Virus record (IMG/VR): IMGVR_UViG_3300026203_000001
Source of the DNA: an uncultured virus (IMG/VR IMGVR_UViG_3300026203_000001)
Taxonomy: Duplodnaviria > Heunggongvirae > Uroviricota > Caudoviricetes
DNA: 59,465 bases
Strand: one strand, 5' to 3'
A program made the translations under genes and the position numbers. The notes below the pieces were generated by a model that was given only the letters and a program-made list of their open reading frames with translations, searched no databases and was not told the origin of the DNA. Positions within the stretch are counted from its first letter, which is position 1, and every line of letters begins with the position of its first letter. This document shows positions 45,000-54,641 of this stretch, one piece after another.

Positions 45000-46018
45000 T
45001 GGCATATTTTAAATTCCTACCTAAAGTTTACGTAAGAAACAAAACTAGAATTGATGGTACTCAACCATATGAACTAGCAGTAAACATTTTTAGACGTATT
45101 AAAGTAAGAGATGACTTGCAAGGTTCATTGCTTGGTTTTATACAATATGAAATACAAGATGGAGAGAGACCAGATCAAGTTGCATTTAATCTTTATAAAG
45201 ATGCAGGACTTGATTGGGTTCTTCTCTTAGTAAATAATATTATAAATGTTAATGAGGACTGGCCAATGAATCGTGAGGATTTGTTGGGTTATGTTCGAGA
45301 TAAATATGGTTCAGTAGAAGGAGTTAGTCACTATGAAACAAAGGAGTATAAGAGTCCTAGTCTTGATCTCGTCCTACTTCCTAGTGGGATTACTGTTTCG
45401 GAGTCTTTCCAATATACGAAACCCGATGGCACCGTCCTTACAAAATCCGCGTCTAGAAATGCAATATCCTACTACGACTACGAGTCCAAAATAAATGATA
45501 CTAAAAGAAATATTTACATTTTAAGACCACAATATCTAACAGACTTTATCTCAGAGTTTAGAAGATTAGCAAGGTATCTACCTAATGCTGAAGTAGATAT
45601 GGATGGCAACAAGAAGACTGAAGGATCACTTGCAGAAGAATTCATAGGATTACCTAGATACAATAGACCTAGACAAAGCACTGCTTCCACAGGTTCTGCA
45701 TCAGGTGGTGGTTCTTCTACTGGATTAATAGCATCAGGTGGTGGATCAGCATCAACAACAGAAACAGCAAGCACTGCGACATCAACTGGTGTCACATTAA
45801 GTACAACAGATTCAAATGCCTCTTCCTCTACCACTTATAGTAGTACATCATCTACTGATACAAGTTCCTCGTCGAGCAGTTCATCAAGTTCGTCAAGTTC
45901 GTCAAGCAGTTCTTCATCCTCAAGTGGATCAAGTAGTTCTAGTTCTTCTAGTGGTTCTTCTAGTTCTAGCGGGTCTTCGGGATCAAGTGGGGGTGGATAC
46001 TACGGAGGAGGGTACTAA
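44999..46018 (+). CDS. gp53: Baseplate wedge gp53 with Ser/Gly-rich C-terminal tail
   Basis: MAYF..LP...NIFRR...Y.I.DGERPD.VA..LY....LDW..LL.NNI. Confidence 0.9.
   Translation: MAYFKFLPKVYVRNKTRIDGTQPYELAVNIFRRIKVRDDLQGSLLGFIQYEIQDGERPDQVAFNLYKDAGLDWVLLLVNNIINVNEDWPMNREDLLGYVRDKYGSVEGVSHYETKEYKSPSLDLVLLPSGITVSESFQYTKPDGTVLTKSASRNAISYYDYESKINDTKRNIYILRPQYLTDFISEFRRLARYLPNAEVDMDGNKKTEGSLAEEFIGLPRYNRPRQSTASTGSASGGGSSTGLIASGGGSASTTETASTATSTGVTLSTTDSNASSSTTYSSTSSTDTSSSSSSSSSSSSSSSSSSSSSGSSSSSSSSGSSSSSGSSGSSGGGYYGGGY
45865..45990 (+). repeat. Low-complexity poly-Ser coding repeat
   Basis: TCAAGTTCG and AGTTCT units. Confidence 0.7.
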
Positions 46019-46260
46019 TCCAAACAGTAGTCCAACGCTTTTTTAGCAGTATCTTTTAATCTTGGTCTCTTCCACGAAGCATAAGGAATAGTCACTAAAA
46101 ATCCCAGAAGATCCGCATCAGGGTCCTCTGGGATTCCTATTGGTTCAACAAAAAATATACCTGCTCTTGCTATTACTTTCCATTGATTAACATCGACAAA
46201 TCCCAACCCTCTCAATGCACATTCTAGTTTGAGAGAGTAGCATCCGTCGATTAGTTTCAT
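46015..46260 (-). CDS. Hypothetical protein
   Basis: 81 aa, abutting the upstream stop. Confidence 0.65.
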   Translation of the reverse strand: MKLIDGCYSLKLECALRGLGFVDVNQWKVIARAGIFFVEPIGIPEDPDADLLGFLVTIPYASWKRPRLKDTAKKALDYCLD

Positions 46261-46551
46261 TTAAAAACACCAGTTATCGTCTTTGTAAATGTAACAGGGA
46301 ACTCCGTGTTCGTTGTGCTCATTTGGTCTGAAGTATGGTACTCTCGGTACCCAACCGTAGTGATGGTGATGATAATCTCCCCATTCTGGTCTGGGTGCAG
46401 GACGATACCAACAGTTCCACTTTTCAAATGTCTTATCAAAAGCACAATGAGAAGGTTCGACTTCAAATTCTCCGCTTTTTAGTCTAGTATGTGCTGATGC
46501 AACTTGAGGTGTAGCGATTGCTGCTACAAGCATTAAAGGAAAGAGTTTCAT
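46261..46551 (-). CDS. Small protein with Sec signal peptide, His/Cys-rich
   Basis: MKLFPLMLVAAIATPQVASA; HHHH; 4 Cys. Confidence 0.7.
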   Translation of the reverse strand: MKLFPLMLVAAIATPQVASAHTRLKSGEFEVEPSHCAFDKTFEKWNCWYRPAPRPEWGDYHHHHYGWVPRVPYFRPNEHNEHGVPCYIYKDDNWCF

Positions 46552-47147
46552 AATGTAACTTCATTACCGTGATCTGTACCTATTCTACCACGAATGAACA
46601 CATCATATGCAATACATAGTCGCCAGTTTGTAGACTGGTTGCGTTCTGCCCTGTGTACTAACTGTGATGGAAACATCAACAGAGTTCCAGGTTCGGGTAG
46701 TATAGAAAATTGTTTGGCAGTTGCAGGAACAAATCCTACTGTGTCTGGTTCCAATGTAGGAACAAAACAGTTCTGATAATGTGCTCCCTTGTTAAAGAAC
46801 AACCTTCCACTGTCAGGGTTACACATTATATAGTAAACACCACTCATTACAGCATTGGTATGTGAATGCCAATCACAACTGTCTCCAGTTTTATGTGATG
46901 CTGCCCAAGATCTGACTATCTCCAGTTCAGTTGTACTCTTGACGAGCAATGTATTATAACACCAATCTTCTACTTGCTTCTGTATAAGATTGTAAACAGA
47001 AGGTAGATAGTTTAAGATATTTTTTTCTTTTGAAATACTTTTAGTTTCAAATCTATCCCACTCCATTGTATCGAGAATAGAAAGGGTGCCTTCTGGCACC
47101 CCGATATTTTCTTCAAAGACAGGAGTTGGAAATAACTCGTGCATCAT
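46548..47147 (-). CDS. 2OG-Fe(II) oxygenase (TIGR02466-like)
   Basis: LFPTP; WHSH.N...SGVYY; FPS.L.H; R.CIA. Confidence 0.85.
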   Translation of the reverse strand: MMHELFPTPVFEENIGVPEGTLSILDTMEWDRFETKSISKEKNILNYLPSVYNLIQKQVEDWCYNTLLVKSTTELEIVRSWAASHKTGDSCDWHSHTNAVMSGVYYIMCNPDSGRLFFNKGAHYQNCFVPTLEPDTVGFVPATAKQFSILPEPGTLLMFPSQLVHRAERNQSTNWRLCIAYDVFIRGRIGTDHGNEVTL

Positions 47148-47161
47148 AGGGTATCAAACTA

Positions 47162-48103
47162 TTAATCTTCCTCTGCGAGTTTCTGGAAGAAACTTAACGC
47201 ATCGTCCTCCTCCTCTTTAGCAGCAGGAGTTGTTGCAGACGCAGCAGTTTTTGTTGCTGAGAACGACTCAACCTCTTCCTTCCAATTTGTGTTTGGAACA
47301 GGGGTTTCTGTGATACTTGGTGCGTGATCGTATTTGTCTGTGTCGAATGAGGTTGGTTGAACTGACTGTCCAAGAACTGTCTTAAGACGTTCCTCCAACT
47401 CCTCATAAGTTTTGAAATTAGATTCATCAGTAAACTCCTTTAGAGAGTAACTACTGTTATAAATCTCCTCTAACTTAGAGTCATCAAAGTTACCTAGTGT
47501 GCTAGGTGAATTGAATGATGAGTCATCATAGTTCCAGTAACCTGCAACCTGTTTGATCTTTAATTTAAAGTCTGCACCTTTCCAAAGGTCAAATGGATTG
47601 ATTGCGGGTTGTGGATCGTAATCATTCTCATCTGGTTGCATACGTGCAGTAAGTTTATCAAAGATACGTTTACCAAATTTGTATAAGAATACTTGACCTT
47701 CATTCTCTGGATTCAGAGGGTCTTTGATAACGTAGATGTTTGTATAGTAAGAAAGTTTTCTCTTTTGCTTACGTGCTATCTCTTTGTCTGATTCTTTTCC
47801 ACTATTCCAAAGCATAGAATTGTGTGCACTAATAGGGCACTTCTTACCTAAAGTAGTCAAAGAATTTTCAATGAACCAACCACCAGGTCCTTGGAATGCG
47901 TGACTCCAAACCTGTGCCCAAGGGAGTTCACTCTCTCCTTGTGGTGGTACAAAACGAATGATAGCAAAACCATTTCCTGACTTGTCAACACCTGGTTTCC
48001 AGAAACGTTCGTCAGATTTGTTTCCTTTACTGTTCATTTTGTTGATCTCTTTTGTAAGAGATGCAAAGTTACCAGATGATTTTTTTAAACTTGCGAATGA
48101 CAT
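47162..48103 (-). CDS. gp32: Single-stranded DNA-binding protein gp32
   Basis: DERFWKP..DKSGNG.A.IRF; HAFQGPGGW.IEN; acidic tail; CATAAATA at 48163-48170. Confidence 0.95.
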   Translation of the reverse strand: MSFASLKKSSGNFASLTKEINKMNSKGNKSDERFWKPGVDKSGNGFAIIRFVPPQGESELPWAQVWSHAFQGPGGWFIENSLTTLGKKCPISAHNSMLWNSGKESDKEIARKQKRKLSYYTNIYVIKDPLNPENEGQVFLYKFGKRIFDKLTARMQPDENDYDPQPAINPFDLWKGADFKLKIKQVAGYWNYDDSSFNSPSTLGNFDDSKLEEIYNSSYSLKEFTDESNFKTYEELEERLKTVLGQSVQPTSFDTDKYDHAPSITETPVPNTNWKEEVESFSATKTAASATTPAAKEEEDDALSFFQKLAEED

Positions 48104-48161
48104 AATTAGTCTGTTGTTTTTGTGTGTTGTATGTTTTTACTACCCCATAAGGGTAACATAA

Positions 48162-48503
48162 TTATTTATGTGCGTCAAGTTCCCTTCTCCAAGAGTGTAA
48201 GCGTTTCTCCATATCTTCTAAGACTTCTTGAATTTGCTTACCACCACTATAGATTTCAGTCATTTGATCTATACGAATCTTGACTTCTGCTGCCTCTTGA
48301 TCTTCTAATGCCATCAACTGTAACCTACCGTAGAAGATCTTTTGTTTAGCAATAAGTTCTAATGTTTTTACAATGTGTTCTTTCTTTTCCTCTGGTTTCA
48401 TCAAAGGAAATCTAACAGAAAGATCATACAAATCTTTATAGAGTTGTTGCATATTTTCCAACTCTTCTTTGATTACATCCGACTCGTAAAATGGTTGTGT
48501 CAT
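48162..48503 (-). CDS. Conserved cyanophage protein (DUF1825-like)
   Basis: F.ES.V...EL...KQK.FY.RL.L. Confidence 0.75.
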   Translation of the reverse strand: MTQPFYESDVIKEELENMQQLYKDLYDLSVRFPLMKPEEKKEHIVKTLELIAKQKIFYGRLQLMALEDQEAAEVKIRIDQMTEIYSGGKQIQEVLEDMEKRLHSWRRELDAHK

Positions 48504-48745
48504 AATGGTAATACTCCTCTGCTAGTTTTTTTAACGTAATTTAATTGTTGTGCATTGTATTTAATTTTGTCTTTAAGTGGACGAGAAATTAATTTGTTTA
48601 CAGTTTCAATCTCGATGTCGTATTCATCGCAGACAACTACAACTGCATCAATGTAGTTGGTAAGTCCATTGCTATTCTTGACAACTTCCTCTACCATTCC
48701 TGAGAATTTCGCTTGTGTCATAAATTTGTCTTTAAATTCTTTCAT
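48500..48745 (-). CDS. gp33: Late transcription coactivator gp33
   Basis: YIDA....C....IE.E...KLIS.PLK.K....A..LN. Confidence 0.9.
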   Translation of the reverse strand: MKEFKDKFMTQAKFSGMVEEVVKNSNGLTNYIDAVVVVCDEYDIEIETVNKLISRPLKDKIKYNAQQLNYVKKTSRGVLPL

Positions 48746-49422
48746 TTGATTGTAGACATAAAGTCATCGATATAAGATCTAAGAAGGTCATAGTAGTGAT
48801 CAGGATTCTTTTCAAAGACTTGAATAGTACCATCTTCTACTGCAACAATAGTAACGATCTTGTTGATAGGAACACCACATCTTTCATAGTACATAACTGC
48901 GTAAGCAGTTTCTTGAACGAAGTAATTTTCAATCCACATTTCTTTCTTAGGTTTCGTTGACGTTTTAAAGTCAATGACAGATAGTTCACCGTCAAACTCT
49001 GCTATGCAGTCAACGCGACCAGAAATGCGTAGATAATCACTGAAGAGACAACTCTCCAGAAGGTGTATGTTATTGATCCTATTAAGTTCCTCACGGGAGG
49101 ACTGAAAAAGATAAGTAGCAAGAGGATTAGTTTCATCGAATGCAACTGGTTCGTTCTTCAAATAACATTCTACCATACTATGAAACTTATTGCCACGTGA
49201 TGCAGCAGCAGTTGAAATTTTTGTTGCTTGCTTTTCACCGACACGTTTCCTCCATTTAATAATAGAATCCTTCTTACGATGACTTGTAATAGTCGTGATA
49301 GAAGGATACCATTTGTTCTCTGCAACTTCATAGAGTCTTAAACCAGACTTCTTTGTCACAGAATTTATTTCATTAATAGGTTTTGGAGGACCTACAGTTT
49401 TAAATACAGTTTTAGAGACCAA
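48742..49422 (-). CDS. PD-(D/E)xK exonuclease (Cas4/RecB-like)
   Basis: YPSITT; RG..FH; GRVDCIAE; IDFKTS; Q..AY. Confidence 0.9.
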   Translation of the reverse strand: MVSKTVFKTVGPPKPINEINSVTKKSGLRLYEVAENKWYPSITTITSHRKKDSIIKWRKRVGEKQATKISTAAASRGNKFHSMVECYLKNEPVAFDETNPLATYLFQSSREELNRINNIHLLESCLFSDYLRISGRVDCIAEFDGELSVIDFKTSTKPKKEMWIENYFVQETAYAVMYYERCGVPINKIVTIVAVEDGTIQVFEKNPDHYYDLLRSYIDDFMSTIK

Positions 49423-50164
49423 GATTCACCTTTGAAATTAAGTATTCTCTTACGAGTCCTGATCTAACAATATCTTCTATGCCAAATTCAACCGTATCAA
49501 ATGATGGCATCGTTTGCAAGATCTTCATAAAGTCTAAGACTCCATTACGTTCATTGCTTTTAATCAAATCAGATTGTGTGTAGTCACCTGAGAAAATAAT
49601 CTTAGCATTCTGACCAACACGAGTTATTATACTATCTAATTCGTGAAAGTTCAAGTTACTGAACTCATCAACGATTATTACACAATTATCTAATGTCGTT
49701 CCACGTATGAATGATGTAGACCAAAAGGATATTGTCTCCTGTGATCTTAAATTGTCGTACAACATTTCAAACGCAGCATCATCTGGCATCTGAAACATAT
49801 ACTTTACCATATTCTTGTATGGTATTTGATATAAGTTTGACTTGTCCTCGTGATCTCCAGGTAGAAAACCAATCTCTCTCGTAGGTACAAGAGATCTAAC
49901 CATATATACTTTCTCATATGGAGTAGTAGGTTCTAACACTTCTTTGAGTGCTAAGTACAAACTAATAAAAGTCTTACCAGTACCCGCAGCACCGTGTAAA
50001 ACTAGATTCTTTCCTTCAGCATAAGACTTGAAGACTATCTCTTGGTTGTCCCCAATAGGTTCGATCACCTTGAGGTGATCCATATTGATAGGTTTCTTTC
50101 TTCTCATAAATTTAGCACTTCTGCTGTTGTTTTGAGATGTTGTCTTTCGCTTTTTGACAGGCAT
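49412..50164 (-). CDS. phoH: PhoH-family ATPase
   Basis: GAAGTGKT, IGFLPG, FIRG.T, DE, GD..Q.D, DIVRS. Confidence 0.95.
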   Translation of the reverse strand: MPVKKRKTTSQNNSRSAKFMRRKKPINMDHLKVIEPIGDNQEIVFKSYAEGKNLVLHGAAGTGKTFISLYLALKEVLEPTTPYEKVYMVRSLVPTREIGFLPGDHEDKSNLYQIPYKNMVKYMFQMPDDAAFEMLYDNLRSQETISFWSTSFIRGTTLDNCVIIVDEFSNLNFHELDSIITRVGQNAKIIFSGDYTQSDLIKSNERNGVLDFMKILQTMPSFDTVEFGIEDIVRSGLVREYLISKVNLGL

Positions 50165-50166
50165 AA

Positions 50167-50397
50167 TTAAGTGTAGTTTGACAAATTAGCAGCAGGATGT
50201 TCTGCTTGGATTTTAGACATTACTTCTTTAAATCCATCAGATTGTTTTGGTTTACCATACATTGTTGCAGGTGCTTGATTACCAAAATACCTTTCCATTT
50301 CTGGATGCTCGTCTTTGTATTTATCGAGTTCTGTCATAGACATTTTTAACTCGATAATCTCACCAGTTTCTTTGTTTTTAAAATCGTATGAGGGCAT
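50167..50397 (-). CDS. FmdB-like small protein
   Basis: MP.Y.F....TGE N-terminus. Confidence 0.7.
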   Translation of the reverse strand: MPSYDFKNKETGEIIELKMSMTELDKYKDEHPEMERYFGNQAPATMYGKPKQSDGFKEVMSKIQAEHPAANLSNYT

Positions 50398-50588
50398 TAA
50401 TGTTTTCTTAGTTTTTTAGTTTTGTGTCTGATGTATCTGACTTGAACATTAATTAAGTTAAGTCGTGTTCGTATTATAGCATACTTTAGTTCTAGTTTCA
50501 CGTAGTCTACAAATTTGTAGAAAGGATCGAACCCATCTGTGATAGCGATGAGCATTACAACTAACAAAAAAGTATAGAGTGTGTACAT
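50397..50588 (-). CDS. Small membrane protein
   Basis: Start moved to MYTLY (TAATG overlap); N-terminal TM. Confidence 0.6.
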   Translation of the reverse strand: MYTLYTFLLVVMLIAITDGFDPFYKFVDYVKLELKYAIIRTRLNLINVQVRYIRHKTKKLRKH

Positions 50589-51331
50589 TAGTCTATTCTG
50601 AGACAAGGTTGGAGGTCTCGCCAGTAGTCTTCTTCGGGACAATCACAATCTTCCTTACACCATCCTAGTGCTCTAGAAATAGTAGGGAAGTTACAAACAA
50701 AGTGATCTTTGCATAACTTTGCAATGTCCATATGCTCTTTCTGTGTACCGTGTCCAGTTCGTAGTTCGATATAATGTATCCAAGAACGAAGTGAACCTGT
50801 CATATAGATACGAGTCGGTGTTGCCAGTGGCAATACAAATCTCGCACACTCTTTTGCTACACCTTTCTTTAATAGCATAGCATATACATCCTGAGCATCT
50901 TTAAATAACTCTTCAACAATGTGATTCATTTTACCTACTTCCACAGGATCAAGATCATCAATAGAATTTTGACGATTCTTATCATCTTGACGACGTAGAT
51001 CTGGTACAGGAATTTTATCTGTCAACAGATTTGTATCTGCATATCTTTGAGAAAATTCTTGGTAAGTAAATGAACGGTGTCTTAGTATCTGTGCAGCGAT
51101 TGCTCTTGTTGTATTAATTTCAAGAGTCATAGTTGCTTGCTCAAATACAGACCAGTGACCGTGCTTAATACAATACTCTAATAGTTTTTCAACTTTAGGA
51201 TTGTCTTGATTATTAGGATTAGATACTCTTGCGATATATCCTATTGTTTTCTCAGCGTCAGGTGTTGTGCTTACGAGGCACACTGATGCGTGAGACAAAG
51301 GTTTCATTGTACTGGTCATTGTCGAAAACAT
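50588..51331 (-). CDS. thyX: Flavin-dependent thymidylate synthase
   Basis: H.SVFE; RHRSFTYQEFSQRY; ECARFVLP; true start may be a later Met. Confidence 0.95.
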   Translation of the reverse strand: MFSTMTSTMKPLSHASVCLVSTTPDAEKTIGYIARVSNPNNQDNPKVEKLLEYCIKHGHWSVFEQATMTLEINTTRAIAAQILRHRSFTYQEFSQRYADTNLLTDKIPVPDLRRQDDKNRQNSIDDLDPVEVGKMNHIVEELFKDAQDVYAMLLKKGVAKECARFVLPLATPTRIYMTGSLRSWIHYIELRTGHGTQKEHMDIAKLCKDHFVCNFPTISRALGWCKEDCDCPEEDYWRDLQPCLRID

Positions 51332-51561
51332 CTAGCGATTATAAGAAGTCCAAATGCTTGTAAGAAAGATATAGTTGTCAATCCAAACAAAGCAGGGATA
51401 GTAAAGTTCCAAGCAAACATTAATACTAAAGGAGTTAGAATTAGTTCGCCAATAAATGCTCCCACCTGTTCTGGTGTGACCTCTGGAACTTTAGATTCCT
51501 TTGGAGGTTCTTCCTCTGGTTTCTTAGGTTCTTGTATTTTATTGACGGTGTAAATCGTCAT
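51316..51561 (-). CDS. Small membrane protein
   Basis: Start moved to the ATGA overlap; two TM segments. Confidence 0.65.
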   Translation of the reverse strand: MTIYTVNKIQEPKKPEEEPPKESKVPEVTPEQVGAFIGELILTPLVLMFAWNFTIPALFGLTTISFLQAFGLLIIARCFRQ

Positions 51562-51839
51562 CTTCTTTTTCTTTTTTTGTTCGTCTTTTCGGTTGTTTCC
51601 TGTTGATTTTTCCATAATTTAGGGTTGACTATACCTTCTGATTGTTTAAACCATTTGAAGTCCTTCTTATACTTATCATAATAATAGTCAAACATCTCCA
51701 CTTGAGACTGCGGTATGGCAATATCATAACATTCCTGCCCATTTTCTATGTAATGAACAAGATATGCTGTATATGGTAATGTTTTGTCGTTAGCATCAGC
51801 AACCTGACACTTCTCTTTTAGGACGTTCAATGTATTCAA
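51558..51839 (-). CDS. Conserved cyanophage hypothetical protein
   Basis: LPYTAYLV.Y...FD.YYD.Y...G..NPKLW. Confidence 0.8.
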   Translation of the reverse strand: MNTLNVLKEKCQVADANDKTLPYTAYLVHYIENGQECYDIAIPQSQVEMFDYYYDKYKKDFKWFKQSEGIVNPKLWKNQQETTEKTNKKRKRR

Positions 51840-52270
51840 CTCCGATTACCCCACTGAATCGTAGGGAATGCTTCTTGGACAACTGCTTTAGTAATTCTAT
51901 AACGTTTGCCAAGTTGTTTGTCTTTTACAAGGCATAAAACCTTTGCTTCTTCTTCGTGTAACCCCTCTAACATTTGGATAAACATATTTTCTTTCTTCAT
52001 AGAAGGAAGATTGTCTGCTCCACCCTTAATAAAGTAATAGAATTTACGTGCTTCCTTTTCAAGAAGTGTATGTTCTGTACCCATAGGTGCAGGGTTAGGT
52101 CTGTAAGGTACATCACCATCTGGTAATGCTGAAACTACAGAGTCATCGTAGTTCCATATGAATAGAGAACGTAGTGCTTGACTATTATTCTCTTGAAGGA
52201 TCTTCACCTTCTGTGATTTTGTCTTTGCGTTGTGTGCTTTCTGCAAAATCTCAGCAATAGTAAGTTTCAT
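51836..52270 (-). CDS. Conserved T4-like phage protein (DUF6433-like)
   Basis: LP.G.VPY..N...E.MFIQMLEGLH..EA. Confidence 0.8.
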   Translation of the reverse strand: MKLTIAEILQKAHNAKTKSQKVKILQENNSQALRSLFIWNYDDSVVSALPDGDVPYRPNPAPMGTEHTLLEKEARKFYYFIKGGADNLPSMKKENMFIQMLEGLHEEEAKVLCLVKDKQLGKRYRITKAVVQEAFPTIQWGNRS

Positions 52271-52273
52271 AAC

Positions 52274-53152
52274 TTAAAAATAGTTTACTGCTGACACTAG
52301 GTCATTCAATTCATTCTCTTCAAAGTAAGAAGAGAGGTCGCTCCTGTTAGCAGGAACTAAGGATTCATATGTATCTATAATCTTTTCACTCATCTCTTTT
52401 GGAATATATTCAAAGTCAATGAGTTTACGATTACGTTCATACTGATCCATAAGTTCTGGTGTAGTACAGAAGTCTTCTGGACTTTGAGTAGACCACTTTG
52501 CAATTAATACTTTGCGTAATGGTTTCTGTCTGCGTCCTTCAACCAAGCAACTATCATCAGATAAGAAGTTTGGAATACCGTCAGATCTATCACCCTTAAG
52601 AATGTGCTCTGAGATATACAGTTTAGGGTCTAGTCCTTCTACCCATTTTTTAAGACAAGGATTGTATTGATCTACATATCCATATCTTTTAAGTTGAATG
52701 AAGTCTTTATCTCCAGAGAGTATTAAAGTCTTCACTGGTGGTTGCATATTGTTTTGCAATCTTATGTTTGCAAGACCTTGTTGTTTACAGAGAACAGCGA
52801 TGATGTCATCTGCTTCTGCACCGTCAACCTCTACAACTTTGTACGGTAAATGTTCTAAGAACTCTGCCTTAAGTTTGTTAAGGAGTTCAAAGATATTATC
52901 CCAGTTATGTTTAGACTTTTCTCTGTCACGTTTACGTGTACCCTTATAGTGAGGGTACTCATCACGTCTCCAGTAATGTCTATTGTCATAACAGAGAACA
53001 AATTCTCCGTACTTCTTCTTAAACTCTGACCTATAGTTGAGCAGAGAATTAAGAACCATATGTCGGACTAAACCTTCTTGTAACTTCTCAGTCTGTGAAA
53101 GCGAAACCATAAGGTTTGCTATCATTACCTGATTCATATCTACAAGAATCAT
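52274..53152 (-). CDS. rnh: T4-type RNase H (5'-3' exonuclease/flap endonuclease)
   Basis: ILVD.NQ; YWR; YK..R; EADD; S.DKDF.QL; GD.SDG.PN. Confidence 0.95.
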   Translation of the reverse strand: MILVDMNQVMIANLMVSLSQTEKLQEGLVRHMVLNSLLNYRSEFKKKYGEFVLCYDNRHYWRRDEYPHYKGTRKRDREKSKHNWDNIFELLNKLKAEFLEHLPYKVVEVDGAEADDIIAVLCKQQGLANIRLQNNMQPPVKTLILSGDKDFIQLKRYGYVDQYNPCLKKWVEGLDPKLYISEHILKGDRSDGIPNFLSDDSCLVEGRRQKPLRKVLIAKWSTQSPEDFCTTPELMDQYERNRKLIDFEYIPKEMSEKIIDTYESLVPANRSDLSSYFEENELNDLVSAVNYF

Positions 53153-53154
53153 TT

Positions 53155-53391
53155 TTAGTCATCATCTTCGTCATCTATTATATCATCTTCATCACTTAAA
53201 CGCAAGTACAATAGTTCTTCGGGATCTACTCTACCATCATCAGTTAACATTTCTGGATGTATAACTGCCTTTGCATACGCTGCATTCTCAAGATATGTAT
53301 CAACGTAGTCCTTTATATACCACGCAATAATAGCACCCATTAGGAACGCTCCTATGATTAATGATGCAATTATAACCGCTTGCTCTGCCAT
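53155..53391 (-). CDS. Small membrane protein
   Basis: GGAG RBS before MAEQ; TM helix then HPEM. Confidence 0.7.
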   Translation of the reverse strand: MAEQAVIIASLIIGAFLMGAIIAWYIKDYVDTYLENAAYAKAVIHPEMLTDDGRVDPEELLYLRLSDEDDIIDDEDDD

Positions 53392-53413
53392 AGGTAACTC
53401 CGTGTAGTTAAAA

Positions 53414-53779
53414 TTATTTAGACTTTTTTTTGCGTCCAGGTCTACGAGTTTGCTCGTACTTCCACGCATCTTCTAATAAAGCATACAGATACTTGTGTAT
53501 CTTTCTTGCTTGTGGTTTAGGAATGTGTCCAAAAGATTCTCTTAGGTATGGATCACCACCCTTAATGTACCCTTCTAATTCAAGACACATCTCTGAGACA
53601 CCTGCTGCTGTGGTACTCTCAATAAATTCTGTTACTTCTCTTCGAGTGAATTTCTGTGCTTCTAGTAGAGGGTAGACCTTCATTAAGAATCTACCCTCAC
53701 ACATTGCAGCATCCATTGCTCTCTCAACTAAAGCACAAAGTTCATCAACTTTGTTCTGTTGGTTTATCATTGTAGTCAA
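53414..53779 (-). CDS. Conserved cyanophage hypothetical protein
   Basis: YIKGG...LRE.FGH..KP.ARK. Confidence 0.8.
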   Translation of the reverse strand: MTTMINQQNKVDELCALVERAMDAAMCEGRFLMKVYPLLEAQKFTRREVTEFIESTTAAGVSEMCLELEGYIKGGDPYLRESFGHIPKPQARKIHKYLYALLEDAWKYEQTRRPGRKKKSK

Positions 53780-54021
53780 ATAATACCTCTTGATTTAAAA
53801 TGTGAGATTGATTCATTGCAACCACCTGTTTTCTGTCCGTCTACGACTAACTGTGGGAAGGTGGACCCATTACCAAACTCTTTATAGAATTGATCTCTTG
53901 TAAAATTTTCATCGAGTTTATATTCTCGATAACTCCACCCCTTTAAGTTGTAAAACTCTTTGATCTTAGAGCAATAAGGGCAACCATTTCTGGTATAGAT
54001 TGTAGTTTGTTTAGGAGTCAT
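53776..54021 (-). CDS. nrdC: Glutaredoxin
   Basis: CPYC, TFPQ, GG. Confidence 0.9.
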   Translation of the reverse strand: MTPKQTTIYTRNGCPYCSKIKEFYNLKGWSYREYKLDENFTRDQFYKEFGNGSTFPQLVVDGQKTGGCNESISHFKSRGII

Positions 54022-54641
54022 TAGTAAAGGTGTACGTTAAATGCGATTGAATAGCGAGAGTGATCTGTGTTGTTCTTTTCTGTAGCGTGTTCTAACCACG
54101 ATGGAAATAGTATAACAGATTCTGGAGTAGGTTCAAAGTAAATACCTTCTTCAGTTCCAAACATACACATCTTAGCATACATATTTGGATTGTAAAATAG
54201 TATTCCACCCATATCAGGAGTTGTCTTATGATAATACACACCCGATACCTGATGACCTGCGTGTGTATGTCTCTGTTGTGACTTACCTCTACCTACTACA
54301 TTAATCCACGATTGAGAAATTGTCCACGATCCTCTCAACGGTTCTATGTATGCTGATGCACTATCTGGAACAGGTAATTTTTGAGAACCAACATATTTTT
54401 CTATTGCGTTACCTAAAAATGTTTCAAGTTTAGGCATTGGATGTTTCTTAAACATCTGTAATAAATGTTGCTTCTCGTGAGTACCGTGCAAAGTTTCTTG
54501 CAAAGCATAAGGAGACAAGTATGAACTGTCAGACCAGTCACCTGTCTCCTCTAAGTATTTTATTGTGTTATCTATCTCTTCTACTATAGCAGGATCACTA
54601 TGTTGCGATGGAAATATTTCAATAGGGAATAGTTGCATCAT
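54021..54641 (-). CDS. 2OG-Fe(II) oxygenase (TIGR02466-like)
   Basis: SWIN; HTH; SGVYY; FPSWLEH; R.SIAFN. Confidence 0.85.
   Translation of the reverse strand: MMQLFPIEIFPSQHSDPAIVEEIDNTIKYLEETGDWSDSSYLSPYALQETLHGTHEKQHLLQMFKKHPMPKLETFLGNAIEKYVGSQKLPVPDSASAYIEPLRGSWTISQSWINVVGRGKSQQRHTHAGHQVSGVYYHKTTPDMGGILFYNPNMYAKMCMFGTEEGIYFEPTPESVILFPSWLEHATEKNNTDHSRYSIAFNVHLY

Noticed and set aside
48742..49422. Cas4 as part of a CRISPR system
   Set aside because: Standard solo phage exonuclease beside phoH; no array and no Fe-S cysteine set.
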